A model generated the notes under the pieces. It saw only the letters and a program-made list of their open reading frames with translations. It was not told the DNA's origin and did not search any database. The position numbers and the translations under genes are program-made. From Acidimicrobiales bacterium (lineage in GTDB: Bacteria; Actinomycetota; Acidimicrobiia; Acidimicrobiales; Aldehydirespiratoraceae), in NCBI GenBank assembly GCA_963422655.1, contig OY730440.1:2930909-2994908 (forward strand): a stretch of 64,000 nucleotides of DNA, written 5' to 3'. Below are positions 60,750 through 64,000 of this stretch, in pieces; positions within the stretch are counted from its first letter, which is position 1; the number at the start of each line of letters is the position of its first letter.

Positions 60750-61640
60750 GTGCTGTCCATCACCCGGATATTCGAAGCATTGGCAGGTCGGCTGCGCCCA
60801 GCCCGAGCCCGAGCCTCGGTCGTGAGCGAAGACGAGTTGATGGCCCTGACCGAGGCGGCGGTGGAGTCCGACGCCATAGAGGCCGGGGAACGCGACCTGA
60901 TCGAGTCGGCGCTGGCTTTGGGCGACACCATCGTCCGGGAGGTGATGGTGCCTCGCACCGACATGGTCTCCGCGCCGGACTCGATGCCGGTCGCCTCGGC
61001 TCTGGAGCTGGCCATCGACCGAGGGTTGAGCCGGTTGCCAGTTTCTGGAAACGGCATCGACGACATCGTGGGCTTGGTGCTGCTCAAAGATCTGGCCCGG
61101 CTGGAGCGGTCGGGTCAGGGGGCGGCGGCGGTGCGCACGTCTATGCGGCGGGCCATGTTCGTACCCGAGACCAAACGGGTCGGGGAGCTGATTCAGGAGA
61201 TGCGCACGTCCGGGGGGCATCTGGCTGTGGTCGTCGACGAGTACGGCGGCACCGCCGGCCTGGTCACCTTGGAGGATCTGGTCGAAGAACTGGTGGGCGA
61301 GATCGTGGACGAGTTCGACCGGGAGGAGCCGCTGCTGGAACCCTTGGCCGGCGGGGAGGTTCTGGTCCATGGCCGCATGCCGGTCGATCAACTCAACAGC
61401 CTCATGGATGCAGATCTGCCCGATGACGACTGGGACACCGTGGGGGGTCTGATCTTCAGCACGCTCGGCCATGTCCCGGGTGTGGGCGAGACCGTCGCCG
61501 CCAGCGGGCTGCGGTTGCGGGTGGAACGGATGCAAGGCCGACGCATAACCCGGGTGCGGCTCACACGGACCGAGGCCGTGAAGTCCAAGACCGATGACAG
61601 CGCCGCCTCGCACCGGCCCGTGACCGACGGCCCCCGATGA
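60750..61640 (+). CDS. corC: CBS-pair + CorC_HlyC domain protein (CorC/YbeX type, no DUF21 membrane domain)
   Basis: EVMVPRTDMV... (CBS), GTAGLVTLEDLVEELVGEI, and a C-terminal transporter-associated domain. Operon position as for ybeX. Confidence 0.8.
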   Translation: MLSITRIFEALAGRLRPARARASVVSEDELMALTEAAVESDAIEAGERDLIESALALGDTIVREVMVPRTDMVSAPDSMPVASALELAIDRGLSRLPVSGNGIDDIVGLVLLKDLARLERSGQGAAAVRTSMRRAMFVPETKRVGELIQEMRTSGGHLAVVVDEYGGTAGLVTLEDLVEELVGEIVDEFDREEPLLEPLAGGEVLVHGRMPVDQLNSLMDADLPDDDWDTVGGLIFSTLGHVPGVGETVAASGLRLRVERMQGRRITRVRLTRTEAVKSKTDDSAASHRPVTDGPR

Positions 61641-61641
61641 C

Positions 61642-62502
61642 TTGGCGCCGGCTGTGACCGTACCTATGCGGTCGGGGTTCGTGACCCTGGTCGGCCGGCC
61701 CAACGCCGGCAAGTCGACCCTGCTCAACCACATTCTGGGCCGAAAAGTGTCGATCGTCTCCGACAAGCCCCAGACGACCCGAACCCGGATCCGAGGCGTG
61801 CTCACCCGCCCCGACGCCCAGATCGTGTTCGTGGACACCCCTGGCGTCCACAAACCCCGAACCGTTCTGAGTCGGCGCCTCAACGACACCGCCGTATCCG
61901 CCGCCGATGGTGCCGACGTGGTGGGATTCGTCCTGGATGCCTCTGCCCCCTACGGGCGAGGCGACGCTTTCGTCGCCGAACGCCTGCCCTGCCACTCGAT
62001 CGTAGTGGTCACCAAATCGGACCTGGTCTCGCCGGCACAGATGCTGGCCCAACTGGCCGCAGCCGGCGAGCTGGATTTCGAGTCGTACTTTCCGGTCAGC
62101 GGCCTCACCGGCGAAGGAATGGCCGCGCTGGTGGATCACCTGGCTGCTCGGTTGCCCGAGGGACCGGCGCTGTACCCACCCGGTACCGTCACCGACGTCG
62201 ACGAGGCGTTCTGGGTGGCCGAGCTGGTGCGCGAACAGTTCTTGGAGTCGACCCGGGCCGAGTTGCCGCATTCGATAGCGACCCGGGTGACCGAGTGGGA
62301 ATGGCCCCGGATCCGCTGCGAGATCCTGGTGGAGCGCCAGTCCCAGAAGGCAATGGTGATCGGCAGGGGTGGATCGGTATTGAAAAAAGTGGGAACGGCC
62401 GTGCGCGAGCAACTGCCCGAGGGCGTCTACCTGGAGCTGTTCGTCAAGGTCGACAAGAACTGGCCTCGGCGCCCGGACCGACTCCAACGACTCGGGCTCT
62501 GA
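61642..62502 (+). CDS. era: GTPase Era
   Basis: SGFVTLVGRPNAGKSTLLN (G1), DTPG (G3), TKSD (G4) and a KH domain (VIGRGGSVLK). An alternative start is the ATG at 61666. Confidence 0.9.
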   Translation: MAPAVTVPMRSGFVTLVGRPNAGKSTLLNHILGRKVSIVSDKPQTTRTRIRGVLTRPDAQIVFVDTPGVHKPRTVLSRRLNDTAVSAADGADVVGFVLDASAPYGRGDAFVAERLPCHSIVVVTKSDLVSPAQMLAQLAAAGELDFESYFPVSGLTGEGMAALVDHLAARLPEGPALYPPGTVTDVDEAFWVAELVREQFLESTRAELPHSIATRVTEWEWPRIRCEILVERQSQKAMVIGRGGSVLKKVGTAVREQLPEGVYLELFVKVDKNWPRRPDRLQRLGL

Positions 62503-62533
62503 CCAGGGTCGTCATCGGTGAAGGCCGGCGCTG

Positions 62534-64000
62534 TCATCGTCGGAGCGAGCGCAAGAAGTCGATGGTCTCTCGGCGGTCACGGGTCCGGCGCATGGGCGGG
62601 AGCGCTTCCAGCAGCTTCCACCGGTAGCCGGCCGTCGCCAACCGGGAGTCCAGCACCGCCACCACCCCGCGGTCATGGGTCGAGCGGATGAGGCGGCCCG
62701 CGCCCTGGGCCAGCAGAGTTGCAGCTCGGGGCAGGTCGATGAGCCCGAAAGCGCAGTGGCCGCTCCGTTCGGCCCGCTCCCGGCGGGCTTGGAGCACCGG
62801 GTCGTCGGGGCGCGGGAAAGGTAGCCGGTCGATCACCACCAGCGAGCACGACGGGCCCGGCACGTCCACACCCTGCCAGAACGACATGGTGGCGAACAGC
62901 GAGGTCTCCTCGTGAGCCGCGAATTCCCCGATCAGAGCGGCCTTGGACCCAGCGTCTTGCACCAGCACCGGCTCGGTCAATCTCGAAGCGCAGTGATCGG
63001 CTGCCTCCTGCATGGCCCGATAGCTGGTGAACAGGGCCAGAGTGCGGCCTCCGGCCGCTTCGATCAGTTCGGTCAGCTCCTCCCAGTGAAGTCGGCGGTC
63101 ACCTTGCCGGGGGCTGGGCAGGTGGGGGCAGTACAGCAATGCGTTGGCTTCGTAGTCGAAAGGGCTCCCGACGTCGGATTCCACCGCAGTGGGGGGCAGC
63201 CCCAGCCGGTCGGTGAGGTTCAGCGGGATCGTGGCCGAGGTCAGCACCGCGGCCCGCTTCGACCACAACTCATCGGCCAAGCTGGCGTCGATCTCGACCG
63301 GGGTGGCCCTGAGGGCAGGGTTGTGAACCTCGCCGCCTGTGACCATGGCGTCCACCCACAAGATTTCGTCGTCGCCGGGCACCCTCAAGGCGTTTATATC
63401 GGTGAGCAGTGAAGCCGCCGCCCCCTGTGCCCTCAGAGCTCGGGCGGCCAGGACAGGATTGCCGACGGTATCTGCGACACACCTCAAACCGGTCAGTAGC
63501 CGGCCGATGTGATCCGAGCTGGTGTCGAGGACGTGTTCGAGCTCGCGGTCGGGTCCAGCATCGAGCCGGTGGCCGACCAGCTGTGTGAGGTGAAGTCGCA
63601 AACGCTCGGCGATCCGGGTGAGAGCCCCGGTCAGTTCCGGTTCGTCCATTACGCCCGGGACCCTCCGGGCCAGAGCGGTGAACCGTCCGGGCGTGACCGA
63701 ACAACCGGCCACACTGGAGAAGATCTCCTCGAACTGGTGGGCTTCGTCGATCACCACCAGGTCGTGATCACCGAGGACTTGGCCGCCAGCCAGCACGTCG
63801 ATCGAGTAGAGGTGGAGGTTGACCACCACCAACCGGGCCTGGGCGGCCCGATGTCGGGCTCGTTCGGCGAAGCAGTCCTGGCCCTGAGGGCAGCGGGGCG
63901 CGCCGGGGCACTCCTCGCTGGTGACGCTCACCAACCTCCAAGTCCGGTCGTCGATTCTCATAGCCGAGTCGTCTCGGTCGCCGGTATCGGTTCTGTCGGC
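62534..64000 (-). CDS. DinG/XPD-like ATP-dependent helicase, 5'-partial (continues beyond the window)
   Basis: VIDEAH (DEAH), Fe-S-like Cys cluster (CPGAPRCPQGQDC), C-terminal helicase_C_2 (FWQGVDVPG...VVIDRLPF). The frame is open from 63961 to nt 64000. Confidence 0.75.
   Translation of the reverse strand, partial: ADRTDTGDRDDSAMRIDDRTWRLVSVTSEECPGAPRCPQGQDCFAERARHRAAQARLVVVNLHLYSIDVLAGGQVLGDHDLVVIDEAHQFEEIFSSVAGCSVTPGRFTALARRVPGVMDEPELTGALTRIAERLRLHLTQLVGHRLDAGPDRELEHVLDTSSDHIGRLLTGLRCVADTVGNPVLAARALRAQGAAASLLTDINALRVPGDDEILWVDAMVTGGEVHNPALRATPVEIDASLADELWSKRAAVLTSATIPLNLTDRLGLPPTAVESDVGSPFDYEANALLYCPHLPSPRQGDRRLHWEELTELIEAAGGRTLALFTSYRAMQEAADHCASRLTEPVLVQDAGSKAALIGEFAAHEETSLFATMSFWQGVDVPGPSCSLVVIDRLPFPRPDDPVLQARRERAERSGHCAFGLIDLPRAATLLAQGAGRLIRSTHDRGVVAVLDSRLATAGYRWKLLEALPPMRRTRDRRETIDFLRSLRR

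Overview
This is a 64-kb stretch of a high-G+C, Actinomycetota-type chromosome. The core backbone is recognisable from the translations: rpsO-pnp-dapB, dapA-rnj, ald, smpB-ssrA(tmRNA), rpmB-rpmG, rph-rdgB, clpP, rpe, ogt, udk, cfa, phoH-ybeY-corC-era and a DinG-like helicase cut by the window end. It also carries four tRNAs (Leu-TAG, Lys-CTT, His-GTG, Arg-TCT).

Three blocks interrupt this backbone. All three are visibly lower in G+C, judged by eye and not computed.

(1) An accessory 'defence island' of about 14 kb at roughly 2.6-16.6 kb. Its left part is a gene graveyard: a truncated XRE/ImmA-type HTH fused to an HNH relic, a truncated and frameshifted hsdR, and a frameshifted TIGR02391-like gene. 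An intact HEPN-MNT toxin-antitoxin pair sits among them. Its right part is an intact, translationally coupled four-gene minus-strand operon at 16583->7065. The operon reads as two tandem dyads of [HTH-less Schlafen/AlbA_2 + HATPase_c_4 protein][large effector]. The effectors are a PHP-phosphoesterase fused to an SMC/Rad50-like ABC ATPase (951 aa) and a 1204-aa SIR2 protein. I consider this operon the best candidate for an undescribed anti-phage system in the window.

(2) and (3) Two paralogous giant secreted LamG-sialidase(GH33)-LamG genes, at 25183-28599 and 51200-54592, each in its own AT-rich islet. The second abuts the 3' end of tRNA-Lys. The first carries a G16 homopolymer in its signal-anchor and a sharp internal G+C break.

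Other notable points:
- An ArsC-family gene has an in-frame TGA exactly at the catalytic-Cys position, so it is either a candidate selenoprotein or a fresh pseudogene.
- A third AlbA_2 paralogue, with a wHTH, lies directly 3' of ssrA.
- Several perfect short tandem-repeat arrays sit on gene start or stop codons.
- There is an Lrp/AsnC relic next to ald.
- A patatin-like phospholipase has its catalytic motifs separated by a transmembrane insert.

No CRISPR array, rRNA, integrase or transposase was seen.
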